Positions 63,501 through 64,000 of a stretch of DNA of 64,000 bases are shown one piece after another. Every line of letters starts with the position of its first letter. Position 1 is the stretch's first letter. The notes beneath the pieces are model-generated. The model saw only the letters and a list, made by a program, of their open reading frames with translations. It had not been told where the DNA came from and searched no databases. This stretch comes from Negaprion brevirostris (taxonomy: Eukaryota): assembly GCA_030324005.1 (NCBI GenBank), contig JARDVH010000031.1, positions 40,287,203 through 40,351,202 of the forward strand, given 5' to 3'. The translations under genes were made by a program, and so were the position numbers.

Positions 63501-64000
63501 CATTATGCAGCACATTGTTCGCCATTGTTCTATATTTCTATTCCAAATTGTTCGCAACTCTGAACAAATCCCTGATACCTATAACCGAACAAATTAGCTG
63601 AAAGTTATTATGCAATCTCAGCAAATTAATCCAGGTTGAGCAAGGAATGTGCTGGAAATGTTTGATTTTTCTTTAAACTTGCAGAATTATTCCTTGAATT
63701 AGGCCATATCTCCCAAAGTATTTTTCAATCAAACTCTCAAACTATACAGAAACAATTTATATCCTGCACATTGCTTAGTTCTCCGACCTCAATTTAAAAA
63801 AATCGATTTTCAACGTATGGAAGTGTTACATATTAGGGAGGGCTGTGCAGTAAATATCTTTCAGAGCTGGCTGAATAAAATGACTTATCCAACACACGTG
63901 ACCAAGCTGCACGAAAGCTTTTTTTTTAAAGCACCCTACTTACCCTAGGTTTATTTCTGAATTTTTCATTTCACTGTTTAAAAGCATTATGAGACACAAC

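Noticed and set aside
60600-64000. Expected HoxD5 upstream of miR-10b
   Set aside because: No homeobox or hexapeptide coding sequence seen; if present it lies beyond the window.

Overview
This is vertebrate genomic DNA, almost certainly from a shark or other cartilaginous fish, based on an intact HoxD2 and shark-type SINE/CR1/Penelope repeats. It is a gappy draft assembly. The window covers the anterior (3') end of the HoxD cluster on the minus strand, in the order miR-10b, HoxD4, HoxD3, HoxD2, HoxD1. About 21 kb further downstream lie the CpG-rich promoter and 40-bp first coding exon of MTX2, the canonical HoxD neighbour. HoxD1, D2 and D4 are complete two-exon genes; most of the first coding exon of HoxD3 lies in an assembly gap. 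Bases 1-16 kb are dense in decayed retroelements, while the Hox core beyond ~22 kb is almost free of them. Four consensus-type DR5 retinoic-acid response elements are visible: HoxD4 5', HoxD4 3', HoxD3 5', and a Hoxa1-like one 3' of HoxD1. A fifth near-consensus DR5, Pbx/Hox-Meis composites and E-box/CCAAT promoter modules are also present. I see no wholly new gene system. The best leads are regulatory or non-coding: the HoxD1 3' RARE/DR1 module, HoxD2 and its retained control elements, a possible divergent lncRNA at HoxD1, and a Penelope hammerhead remnant. Repeat family names and boundaries are by-eye assignments and are approximate.
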